A stretch of 64,000 nucleotides of DNA from Actinorhabdospora filicis (GTDB lineage: Bacteria; Actinomycetota; Actinomycetes; Mycobacteriales; Micromonosporaceae). Location: contig NZ_BSTX01000001.1 of the NCBI RefSeq assembly GCF_030269765.1, positions 1,975,571-2,039,570 of the forward strand, given 5' to 3'. Below the pieces are notes generated by a model. It was not told where the DNA came from. It did not search any database and worked only from the letters and a program-made list of their open reading frames with translations. A program made the position numbers and the translations under genes. This document shows, one piece after another, positions 16,964-25,859 of this stretch (position 1 is the stretch's first letter; every line of letters begins with the position of its first letter).

Positions 16964-19690
16964 ATGAGATCAACGCTGCGCGCGTGCGTTTCGGCGCTCG
17001 CGCTGGCCGCCGTGTCCCTCGTCGTGGTGCCGGGGTCCGCCCTGGCCGAGCCGGTTCCGGCGACGGACGTGGAGATGGCCTTCCCCGCCGGCCCTCCCGT
17101 GGATCTCGTCGTGGACGACGCCCGCGGGCTCGTCTACCACGCCTCGCCGACCGGCCTGACCGTCCTCGACTTCGACGGCACCGTCCAGCGCACCATCGCC
17201 GGGAGCCTGCCGTGGCGGACGCTGACCATGAGCGCCGACGGTTCGCGGCTCTACGCGACGGCACGCTGGAAGAACGCGATCGACGTGATCGACACCGCGA
17301 CCTGGGAGCTGAGCACCGTCCGGCTCCCGGCCACCCACTGCCTGATCTCGGCCGAGTTCACCGGCGGCCTGCTCTGGTACTCGTACTTCACCTGCGGGAA
17401 CGGCAAGATCGGCTCGCTGGCGTCCTACGATCCCGCGACCGGGACGGTCACCGAATCGGGCCTGAGCGCACCGGCGGGCAACCTCACGGCGCTTCCCGGC
17501 CGTCCGGACCGCCTGGTGCAGCGAGACTGGAACGGCGAGAAGCAGCGACTCCGGATCTTCGACGTCTCCGGCGCTCCCCGCGAGGTGGCCGTCAGCTCGT
17601 TCCTCACCTCGCACTGCGGGGACGTGGCGCTCATCGACGGCGGCGAACGGCTGGCGCTGTCCTGCAATCGCGCCTACGACCTGGAGATCTTCGATACGGC
17701 GACCCTGACGTCGACCGCCACGAAGCTCACGGAGAACCACGGGGGGACACTCGCGGTGTCCCCCGACGGCGCGTACTTCGCCGTGGGAGGCCCGCTGAAC
17801 GGGCCGGGCACGCACGTCGAGATCGTGAAGGCCGCCGACATGTCGACGGTGCGGATCTACGACTACCCCGGGGCCGCCGGCTTCTACGAGCACCCGATGG
17901 CCTGGCTCGGCGACGGGCGGCTGATGACCTTCCACGGCAGCCGTCTTCGCCTGCATCTGGAACCGGCCAAGTACATCACCGACACCTACGCGGCGGCGCT
18001 GTGGAAGGCCGTCCCCTACGGCGAGGCCGCGGTCCTGAGGGGCTACGTGCGCGGCGGCCCGGACCGGGTCCGTGAACTCACCGTCACGCGTGAAGACCGG
18101 CTCGGGCGGCACCCACTCGGGCGACTGGCCACCGGCCTCCAGGGCGGATTCGAGTTCACCGACGCGGGAGCGCCGGTGTCCGGCAAGGCCACTTACACCT
18201 TCGACTTCGCCGGGGACGCCTACGGGACCGTCGCGAGCGTGTCCGTGACCGTCGCGACTCAGGCGGTTCCCTTCGACTTCAACGGCGACGGCATCGCCGA
18301 GGCCGTCGTCGGCACGCCCGGTGAGGATGACGGATCCATTACCGACACCGGCCAGGTGCACGTGTTCCCAACGACGACGGCCGGAGTGACCGCGGGTGGC
18401 AGCCTCGCGTTCGACCAGAGCTGGGCCGGTCTCGTCGGCGACAACGCCCCTGGGGACCGGCTGGGCGCGGCCACCGCGTCCGGTGACTTCAACGGCGACG
18501 GTTTCGCCGACCTCGCCATCGGTGCGCCCGGCAAGGACGCGTTCGGCGCGGCCGACTCCGGCGCCGTGATCGTCGCGTACGGTTCGGCGTCCGGCCTGAC
18601 CTCGGCCGGTTCGGTGATGCTGACACCCGACAACGCGCCCGGAGCGCTCACCGGGCACGCCTTGGCGGCCGCCGACTTCAACACCGACGGGATCGACGAA
18701 CTCGCGGTCGGCGCGCCCGGAACGGGATCGGGCACCGTGTACCTGTACACCGGGAATCCCTCCGGTCTCTCGAACCCGCATGCGCTGTACCAGAGCAGCG
18801 ACGAGATCCCCGGACGCGGCGGGGGCGGCAACGCCTTCGGCTGGTCCCTGGCCGCCGGGCGAGTGCAGGGTCCGCACGTCAACCCGGCTCTGGCGATCGG
18901 CGCGCCACAGGACAGGGAGGACGCCGAACGGTCCACCGGCTCGGTGACCGTCCTCTACGGCCTTCCCTTCCTGCCCGGTCAGACGGTGTCGAAGGCGCAG
19001 CGCTTCACGAAGGAGACGCCCGGCGTGCCGGGTACCGCAGGTCCGCACGATCCGAAGACCGGGGACGGCGCCGACGAATTCGGGCTCAAGGTCGCCATCG
19101 GCGACTTCAACGGCGACGGCGATGACGACCTCGCCGTCTCCGCCCCCGGCACCAACGTGACCAGCGGCGGCAAGAAGCGGGCCGACGCCGGATCGGTGAC
19201 GGTCCTCTACTCCGACGGGTACGAGATCGGCACCACCGGCGCCAAGGAGGTCACCCAGGACACCGACGGCATCGTCGGTCTCCCCTACGACAACGACTTC
19301 TTCGGCGACAACCTCGCCACCGGGGACACCAACGGCGACGGCGCCGACGAACTGGCGATCTTCTCCTACGGCGACGAGTACGTGACGATCACCCCGGGCG
19401 CCACCAGTGGCCTGGCCTTCACCTCGACGACCGCCTGGACTCAGGACTCACCCGGCATCCCCGGCTCGCACGAATCCGGCGACAAGTGGGGCGCGAGCCT
19501 GCGGTTCCTCACCGGCGCCAAGCCCGCGCTCCTGGTGGGCGCGCCGGGCGAGGACGACCGGCAGGGCGCGTTCACCGTCGTCTACATCGGGCCGAAGGGA
19601 CTGACGGGGGACGGCGCGCGGTACTTCGGGGAGGGCACACCGGGCGTACCGGGCGAGCCGGAGAACGGCGACGGGTTCGGGACCTTCTAG
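16964..19690 (+). CDS. secreted YVTN-propeller / Ig-like / FG-GAP-repeat protein (paralog L1)
   Basis: Signal peptide MRSTLRACVSALALAAVSLVVVPGSALA. N-terminal YVTN-type repeats (LYATARWKNAIDVIDTAT). C-terminal FDFNGDGxADxAxGAPGxD FG-GAP repeats. Conserved C-terminus ...GDGFGTF. Confidence 0.85.
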   Translation: MRSTLRACVSALALAAVSLVVVPGSALAEPVPATDVEMAFPAGPPVDLVVDDARGLVYHASPTGLTVLDFDGTVQRTIAGSLPWRTLTMSADGSRLYATARWKNAIDVIDTATWELSTVRLPATHCLISAEFTGGLLWYSYFTCGNGKIGSLASYDPATGTVTESGLSAPAGNLTALPGRPDRLVQRDWNGEKQRLRIFDVSGAPREVAVSSFLTSHCGDVALIDGGERLALSCNRAYDLEIFDTATLTSTATKLTENHGGTLAVSPDGAYFAVGGPLNGPGTHVEIVKAADMSTVRIYDYPGAAGFYEHPMAWLGDGRLMTFHGSRLRLHLEPAKYITDTYAAALWKAVPYGEAAVLRGYVRGGPDRVRELTVTREDRLGRHPLGRLATGLQGGFEFTDAGAPVSGKATYTFDFAGDAYGTVASVSVTVATQAVPFDFNGDGIAEAVVGTPGEDDGSITDTGQVHVFPTTTAGVTAGGSLAFDQSWAGLVGDNAPGDRLGAATASGDFNGDGFADLAIGAPGKDAFGAADSGAVIVAYGSASGLTSAGSVMLTPDNAPGALTGHALAAADFNTDGIDELAVGAPGTGSGTVYLYTGNPSGLSNPHALYQSSDEIPGRGGGGNAFGWSLAAGRVQGPHVNPALAIGAPQDREDAERSTGSVTVLYGLPFLPGQTVSKAQRFTKETPGVPGTAGPHDPKTGDGADEFGLKVAIGDFNGDGDDDLAVSAPGTNVTSGGKKRADAGSVTVLYSDGYEIGTTGAKEVTQDTDGIVGLPYDNDFFGDNLATGDTNGDGADELAIFSYGDEYVTITPGATSGLAFTSTTAWTQDSPGIPGSHESGDKWGASLRFLTGAKPALLVGAPGEDDRQGAFTVVYIGPKGLTGDGARYFGEGTPGVPGEPENGDGFGTF

Positions 19691-19702
19691 GACGAGCCTC
19701 GG

Positions 19703-19733
19703 CGGCCGTGATCATCCGAGATGATCACGGCCG
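19703..19733 (+). terminator. hairpin after L1
   Basis: CGGCCGTGATCAT-ccgag-ATGATCACGGCCG, 13-bp stem directly after the TAG stop. No T-tract, as is common in actinomycetes. Confidence 0.55.
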
Positions 19734-19807
19734 CTTTCATGTCCGCCGTCCCTGCTAGATTCGTCCACCGCAGTGCCCCGTGCCCTCTTCACCCCTGTGG
19801 AACGCCC

Positions 19808-22516
19808 ATGAGAAAGCACGTGCCCTTGACCGTCCTCGCCGTCATCGCGGCGAGCCTCACGGTCCCGGCTGCGGCCTCGGCCGCCGACCGGTCGGACACC
19901 GTGACCCCGCTGCCTGCGGGCGACCATCGCGACATCGTCGTGGACGACGCCCGCGAGCGGATCTTCCTGGCCTCGGCTGATCCGGCGGCCGTGGTCATTG
20001 CCGGGTTCGACGGCGGGATCATCACGACCGTCACCGGGCTGACGTCGCCGGTGGACCTGGAACTCGCGCCGGGCGGGACGGCCGTCTACGCACTGGACGG
20101 CGGAACCCTCGCCCGGATCGACACCACGTCGTTCGCCGTCGACCACGTGACACTTCCGGCCTCACACTGCGCCGATTCGCTGGCCGTGACCGGCGGCAAG
20201 GTCTGGTACTCCTACCATCAGTGCGACGCGCCGGGCGAAGGCTCGATCGCCTCGTTCGAGCCCGGCACCGGGAAGGTCACCGAGAGCGGCCTCACGACTC
20301 GCCCCGGCCGCCTGCTCGCGCGAGCCGACCGCCCGGACCGGCTGGTGCGCTTGGACGAGGCCGGCGCCGACGTCTTCGACGTCTCCGGCGCCGCTGCGCA
20401 GAAGAAGGTGAGCAACGCCGAGCCGGGCTGCGGTGACGCGACCCTGCTCAGGCGAGGGGATCTCGTGCTCACCGCCTGCGGTGGGGACACCAGTCGCTTC
20501 CAGGTCTGGGCCACATCCGACCTGCTGTCGCGCGGCTCGACCTACCTCGGCGAGGAGACCGCCGTCGCGGCCTCCGCCGACGGCCGGTTCGCGGCCTTCG
20601 GCTTCGCCCGCTACCCGGGCGAGTTCGCCGTCCACGTGCGCGACCTGGGCGCCGACCTGTCGGGCGCGTACGTCCGCCGCTTCGAACTTCCCACCGACGC
20701 GGCCGTGACGCCCGGATCCCTCGCGTTCACCGGCGACGGCCGGCTCATCATCGTCCCGACGGCATCGGACGGGACGCGTTCCCTGCGCGTCTACGCCGAT
20801 CCCTTCACTCCGGACGCGGGCCTCACCGCCACCGGCCCCCGCAGGGTCCTTCCCGGCACGCCGATCACCATCACGGGAAAGGTCACCCCGGCACCCGGAC
20901 GCCCGGCCCTGCTGTCGCTGTCCCGGACCCGCAATGACCTCACCGAGTTCCTGCCCGGCGTGTCCACCGATGCCGACGGAAACTACTCGTTCACCGACGA
21001 CCCGCAGGGGTTCACCGGGCGTCTCCTCTACGAGGTCACCGCGTACAACGCCGACGGTTTCGGCGAGGTCAAGCGGTCGGTGCCCGTGGTCGCCCAGGTG
21101 CGTGCCTTCGACTTCAACGCCGACGGCTTCCCCGAGACCGTCACCGGCGCTCCCGGCGAGGACACCGGATCCAGCAAGGACACCGGGCAGATCACCGTCT
21201 TTCCCGGCGGCGCCAACGGCCCCGACCTGACCGCCGGGAAGATCTTCGACCAGGACACCCCCGGCGTGTCCGGCAGCAACGAGACCGGCGACCGCTTCGG
21301 TACCGCCCTCGCCTCCGGCGACTTCAACGGTGACGGCTACGCCGACCTCGCCGTCGGCTCGCCCACGGAGGACAACGACTCCTTCACCGACAGCGGCGCG
21401 ATCATCGTCCTCTACGGATCGTCCAGCGGCCTGAGCACCGAGTCGAACATGTTCGCCTCCGGCGCCCGCACCGGCTACCACCTCGGGCAGTCGCTGGTCG
21501 CACTCGACCTGGACGGCGACGGCATGGACGAGCTGGCCGCGGGCGCGCCCGGGTGGGACTCCGGCGCCGTCCTCGTCTATGAGCGACGCCACGCGTCCCG
21601 GCTACTCGACACCTGGGCCTTCCTCGACCAGGAGTACATGACGGGTGTCAACCACACCGGCGAGGGCTTCGGCTGGTCGCTGGCCACCGGCGACATCGAC
21701 GGCGACGGTCTCGCCGACCTGGCCATCGGCGCCCCTCAGGACACCGATGACAAGGGCTGGTCGACCGGCTCGGTGAGCGTTCTGTACGGCTCAAGGTCCG
21801 GCGTCAACTCACTCGGGGCGCAGCGGATCACCAAGGAGACCCCCGGTGTCCCCGGCTCCGCCGGTCCCCGCAACGCCGCCACCGGCGACGGCGCCGACGA
21901 GTTCGGGCTCAAGCTCGCCATGGGCGACTTCAACGGTGACGGCAGAGACGACCTCGCCGCCGCCGCGCCCGGCACGCACGTGAAGAACGCCGCCGGGACC
22001 GACCAGCCCGACGCCGGGTCGGTCACCGTCCTCTACTCGGACGGCGCCAAGCTCGGCACCACCGGAGCCACCGAGATCACCCAGCTGTCCGGGCCGGTCT
22101 TCGGCGCCCCCGCCGACAACGACTTCTTCGGCGACACCCTCGCCGCCGGAGACGCCAACGGCGACGGCACCGACGAACTGGCGATGTTCTCCTACGGCGA
22201 CGACCGCCTGTGGGTCACGCCGGGCTCCACCGCCGGGCTCCTGCTCGCCACGACCACCGCGTGGAACCAGGACACGCCGGGCATCCCCGGCTCGGCGGAG
22301 TCCGGCGACAAGTGGGGCTCAAGCCTGCGGTTCCTCGCCGGCACCAAGCCCGCCCTGCTCGTGGGCGCGCCGGGTGAGGACGCCCAGCAGGGCGCCTTCA
22401 CCGTCGTGTTCGGCGGTCCTTCGGGACTGACCGGGACGGGGGCGATCTACGTCGGCGAGGACACCCCCGGCGTCCCGGGCACCGCCGAGAACGGCGACAG
22501 ATTCGGGACCTTCTAG
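19808..22516 (+). CDS. secreted YVTN/Ig/FG-GAP protein (paralog L2)
   Basis: Signal peptide MRKHVPLTVLAVIAASLTVPAAASA. Same architecture as L1. Confidence 0.85.
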   Translation: MRKHVPLTVLAVIAASLTVPAAASAADRSDTVTPLPAGDHRDIVVDDARERIFLASADPAAVVIAGFDGGIITTVTGLTSPVDLELAPGGTAVYALDGGTLARIDTTSFAVDHVTLPASHCADSLAVTGGKVWYSYHQCDAPGEGSIASFEPGTGKVTESGLTTRPGRLLARADRPDRLVRLDEAGADVFDVSGAAAQKKVSNAEPGCGDATLLRRGDLVLTACGGDTSRFQVWATSDLLSRGSTYLGEETAVAASADGRFAAFGFARYPGEFAVHVRDLGADLSGAYVRRFELPTDAAVTPGSLAFTGDGRLIIVPTASDGTRSLRVYADPFTPDAGLTATGPRRVLPGTPITITGKVTPAPGRPALLSLSRTRNDLTEFLPGVSTDADGNYSFTDDPQGFTGRLLYEVTAYNADGFGEVKRSVPVVAQVRAFDFNADGFPETVTGAPGEDTGSSKDTGQITVFPGGANGPDLTAGKIFDQDTPGVSGSNETGDRFGTALASGDFNGDGYADLAVGSPTEDNDSFTDSGAIIVLYGSSSGLSTESNMFASGARTGYHLGQSLVALDLDGDGMDELAAGAPGWDSGAVLVYERRHASRLLDTWAFLDQEYMTGVNHTGEGFGWSLATGDIDGDGLADLAIGAPQDTDDKGWSTGSVSVLYGSRSGVNSLGAQRITKETPGVPGSAGPRNAATGDGADEFGLKLAMGDFNGDGRDDLAAAAPGTHVKNAAGTDQPDAGSVTVLYSDGAKLGTTGATEITQLSGPVFGAPADNDFFGDTLAAGDANGDGTDELAMFSYGDDRLWVTPGSTAGLLLATTTAWNQDTPGIPGSAESGDKWGSSLRFLAGTKPALLVGAPGEDAQQGAFTVVFGGPSGLTGTGAIYVGEDTPGVPGTAENGDRFGTF

Positions 22517-22529
22517 GCCCATTACACCC

Positions 22530-22566
22530 AACCGGCCGCGATCACCCAGAGTGATCGCGGCCGGTT
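22530..22566 (+). terminator. hairpin after L2
   Basis: AACCGGCCGCGATCAC-ccaga-GTGATCGCGGCCGGTT. Paralogous to the L1 hairpin. Confidence 0.55.
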
Positions 22567-22636
22567 CGTTGTATCGATGACCTGCTATTTTGATGATCCA
22601 CTCCGTGCCCTGCCCCACTTCACCCCTGGAACACCC

Positions 22637-25411
22637 ATGCGCAAACGCGTGCCCGCGATCCTCGCCGCCCTGACCGTGGTGGCGGCGGGTCTCATCACCA
22701 TCGTCCCGGCGAGCGCCGAGGCCGCGGAACCCGCGAACGCGGTACCGGCCGATAGAGCGGTCCGTCTGCCGGGCGGCACGTTCACCGCGCTCGGCGATGA
22801 CACCGCACACGGACGGATCTATATCGCCCTGAACAATCCGGACGCGGTGGCGGTGGCCCGGACCGATGGCACGCTGGCCACGACCATCACCGGCGTGACG
22901 CGGCCGTCCGAACTCGTCGTGGCCCCGGACGGCGCGACCGTCTACGCCATCGAGAGCGGCTCGTCCTCCTTCGCGCGGGTGGACACCGCGACGAACGCCG
23001 TCGACCGGGTGCTCCTTCCGGAAACCCACTGCCCTGAATCGGCGACGTTCACGGGCGGGCGACTCTGGTACTCCTACCGTGTATGCGGCGCCGAGACACG
23101 ATCGCTGGCCTCCTACGACCCGGCTTCCGGCGCGATCACCGAAAGCGGTGTGAACGTTGCTGCAGGCGACGTGCGCGCGCTGCCGCAGCGTCCGGAACGG
23201 TTGCTGGTCCTGAGCGCGGCGGCCGATGGTGGCATGCGGGTTTATGACGCCACGCGGGACACGCCGATTGAGGTGGCTCGCACGGACCGGGGCGGCTGCT
23301 TCGCCGCCACCTTCATCAACGGTGGCGACGCGGTCATCGCGACCTGCGCCGGCTCCAACGCGCATCCGGTGTACCTCACGGCCGACCTTACGACCGACCA
23401 GTCCATCTCCGACGACACCGCGACTTCGGCGGCGGTGTCGGCCAGCCCCGACGGGAAGAACATCGCGGTCGCTTCGAGGACCTGGAACGCCGCGAGCCAG
23501 ACGATCCGTATTCGCTCGATCGGAAACGGGCTTCCCGGCGAATCCGTCCGGAGCTACACGGCTCGCGACCTGGCGCCGGAGAGCGTCGTCCTCACCGACG
23601 GCTCGATGCTCCTCATCGTCGACGCTTCGGCCACCAATCACCCGCTCCTGCGCATCCATAAGGCCCCGTATCACCGGGTGACCTTCATCGACGCCAGATC
23701 CGCCATCGCGCCCATCGACTACCACGGCACCGCGAGGCTGTCGGGGACTCTGATGTCCTGGGACGGGAACTGGCGCAGCAGCCCGCTGGCCGCGGGCACG
23801 ATCCGCGTATGGCGCTCCGACCGCACCGGCGCCCGTGCCGTGGGAACGGCCTCCGTGGGCCCGGACGGCACCTTCGCCTTCGACGATCCGGCCGGGGCGG
23901 TGACCGGGCAGATCGTCTACACCTTCTCCTTCGACGGCGATGAACGCCACCTCAGGTCCAGCGGGAGCCAGTCCGTGATCGTCCGCCCGGTCCCCTTCGA
24001 CTTCGACGGTGACGGCCGCGCCGACGGGGTGAGCGGCGCGCCCTGGGAGGACACCGGCCGGTCCACGGACACCGGACAACTGCACGTCTTCCCCGCCGGT
24101 GCCAAGGGCCTGGATCTCGGCGCGGGCAGGATCTTCGATCAGGACACCCCGGATGTCTCCGGGAGCAACGAGACCGGCGACCGCTTCGGCTCGTCCTTCG
24201 CTTCGGGAGACTTCGACGCCGATGGCTTCGCCGACCTCGCCGTCGGTGTGCCCGGTGAGGACAATGACGCCTATCGCGACGGCGGTGCCGTAATCCTCCT
24301 CTACGGCTCCGTGTACGGGCTGACCTCGCGTTCCCGGATGCTCGCCCGGGATGTCGCCGGGGCGGAGTTCGGGCGTTCTCTCGCCGCGGGCGACTTCGAT
24401 GGTGATGGGGCGGCCGATCTCGCCGTCGGCGCACCGGGAGAAGGCTCCGGACGAACCTTCGTGTACGCCGGAAGCCGTGGCGGCGGGATGGACACGACGG
24501 CACGCGTGGCCCTGGGCCAGGGCCTCGGTCAACGGCCCGTTCCAGGGGCGAGCTACACCGGCGATCACTTCGGCTGGTCCCTCGCCACCGGCGACATCAA
24601 CGGGGACGGACGATCCGATCTCGTCGTGGGTACACCGCACGATCGCGATGACACCGATGCCCCCACCGGATCGGTGACCGTGCTCTACGGACGCGCCGAA
24701 ACGGCGTTCCTCACCTCCGACGGCGCACAGTGGATCTCGAAGGAGACGGCCGGGGTCCCGGGTGCCGCCGGACCGGCGAATCCGAAGACGGGCGACGGTT
24801 CCGACGAGTTCGGGCTCAAGGTCGCGATGGGCGACTTCAACGGTGACGGTAAGGACGACCTGGCCGTCGCCGCGCCCGGCGCACATGTGAAGAACGCGGC
24901 CGGGAAAGACCAGCCGGACGCTGGAACCGTGACCGTCCTCTACTCGGACGGCGCCAAGCTCGGCACCACCGGAGCCACCGAGATCACCCAGCTGTCCGGG
25001 CCGGTCTTCGGCGCCCCCGCCGACAACGACTTCTTCGGCGACACCCTCGCCGCCGGAGACGCCAACGGCGACGGCACCGACGAACTGGCGATGTTCTCCT
25101 ACGGCGACGACCGCCTCTGGATCGCCCCGGGCTCACCCAAGGGCCTCGACATCGGCGCGACGGCCATGTGGAGCCAGGACACACCGGGCGTCCCGGGTTC
25201 GGCGGAATCCGGCGATAAGTGGGGATCCAGCCTGCGTTTCCTCTCCGGGGACACGCCCCTTCTGCTGGTCGGCGCACCCGGCGAGGACGACCGGCAGGGC
25301 GCGTTCACCGTCATCCGGGGCCTTTCGGGCACGGGCGCGGTGTTCGTCGGCGAGGACTCGCCGGGGGTTCCGGGCACCGCCGAGAAGGGCGATGGGTTCG
25401 GGACGTTCTGA
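22637..25411 (+). CDS. secreted YVTN/Ig/FG-GAP protein (paralog L3)
   Basis: Signal peptide MRKRVPAILAALTVVAAGLITIVPASAEA. Upstream region similar to the L2 promoter region. Confidence 0.85.
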   Translation: MRKRVPAILAALTVVAAGLITIVPASAEAAEPANAVPADRAVRLPGGTFTALGDDTAHGRIYIALNNPDAVAVARTDGTLATTITGVTRPSELVVAPDGATVYAIESGSSSFARVDTATNAVDRVLLPETHCPESATFTGGRLWYSYRVCGAETRSLASYDPASGAITESGVNVAAGDVRALPQRPERLLVLSAAADGGMRVYDATRDTPIEVARTDRGGCFAATFINGGDAVIATCAGSNAHPVYLTADLTTDQSISDDTATSAAVSASPDGKNIAVASRTWNAASQTIRIRSIGNGLPGESVRSYTARDLAPESVVLTDGSMLLIVDASATNHPLLRIHKAPYHRVTFIDARSAIAPIDYHGTARLSGTLMSWDGNWRSSPLAAGTIRVWRSDRTGARAVGTASVGPDGTFAFDDPAGAVTGQIVYTFSFDGDERHLRSSGSQSVIVRPVPFDFDGDGRADGVSGAPWEDTGRSTDTGQLHVFPAGAKGLDLGAGRIFDQDTPDVSGSNETGDRFGSSFASGDFDADGFADLAVGVPGEDNDAYRDGGAVILLYGSVYGLTSRSRMLARDVAGAEFGRSLAAGDFDGDGAADLAVGAPGEGSGRTFVYAGSRGGGMDTTARVALGQGLGQRPVPGASYTGDHFGWSLATGDINGDGRSDLVVGTPHDRDDTDAPTGSVTVLYGRAETAFLTSDGAQWISKETAGVPGAAGPANPKTGDGSDEFGLKVAMGDFNGDGKDDLAVAAPGAHVKNAAGKDQPDAGTVTVLYSDGAKLGTTGATEITQLSGPVFGAPADNDFFGDTLAAGDANGDGTDELAMFSYGDDRLWIAPGSPKGLDIGATAMWSQDTPGVPGSAESGDKWGSSLRFLSGDTPLLLVGAPGEDDRQGAFTVIRGLSGTGAVFVGEDSPGVPGTAEKGDGFGTF

Positions 25412-25422
25412 ACGTCACGCCG

Positions 25423-25458
25423 AAACGGCCGCGACCACGCTTGTGGTCGCGGCCGTTT
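25423..25458 (+). terminator. hairpin after L3
   Basis: AAACGGCCGCGACCAC-gctt-GTGGTCGCGGCCGTTT, 16-bp stem. Confidence 0.6.
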
Positions 25459-25526
25459 CGCGTACTCTCCAGATCGCCCACCGTCCGCGTTCCACCCGAC
25501 GCGTCGTTCAATTGGAGGAGTCACCC

Positions 25527-25850
25527 GTGACCGATTCCGCGCCCCGTACCGCCGCGCTCGCCGACGTCCGTGCCGAGCGTGCCCGGCAGGACGAGCTGTG
25601 GGGCGAGCAGAACCACGTGGACGGGACGGGGATGAAGCGGCACCAGGAGGCCCTGGAGGCCACCCGGGACATCACCGACCGCTCGGCGGAGGTGGGGACG
25701 CTGACGTGGGCGGAGATCCTGAGCGAGGAGGTCGCCGAGGCGCTCGCCGAGCACGACCCGGTGAAGCTGCGCGCGGAACTCATCCAGGTCGCGGCGGTGG
25801 CGGTGGCGTGGGTCGAGGCGATCGACCGGCGGACCAACGGCCGCCGGTGA
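25527..25850 (+). CDS. hypothetical protein (possible MazG-like helical NTP-pyrophosphohydrolase fold)
   Basis: GTG start with GGAGGAG RBS 6 nt upstream. Acidic helical motifs EEVAEALAEHD. Convergent with the giant ATPase. Confidence 0.45.
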   Translation: MTDSAPRTAALADVRAERARQDELWGEQNHVDGTGMKRHQEALEATRDITDRSAEVGTLTWAEILSEEVAEALAEHDPVKLRAELIQVAAVAVAWVEAIDRRTNGRR

Positions 25851-25859
25851 CACCGCCTC

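Noticed and set aside
19600-19690. C-terminal ...GDGFGTF as a cell-wall sorting signal
   Set aside because: No LPXTG, LAXTG or PEP-CTERM motif. No hydrophobic tail or positively charged end. More likely the final beta-strand closing the FG-GAP propeller.
25527-25850. Small ORF as toxin/immunity partner of the giant ATPase
   Set aside because: Convergent orientation and no recognisable toxin or immunity motifs. The weak MazG-like resemblance is insufficient.
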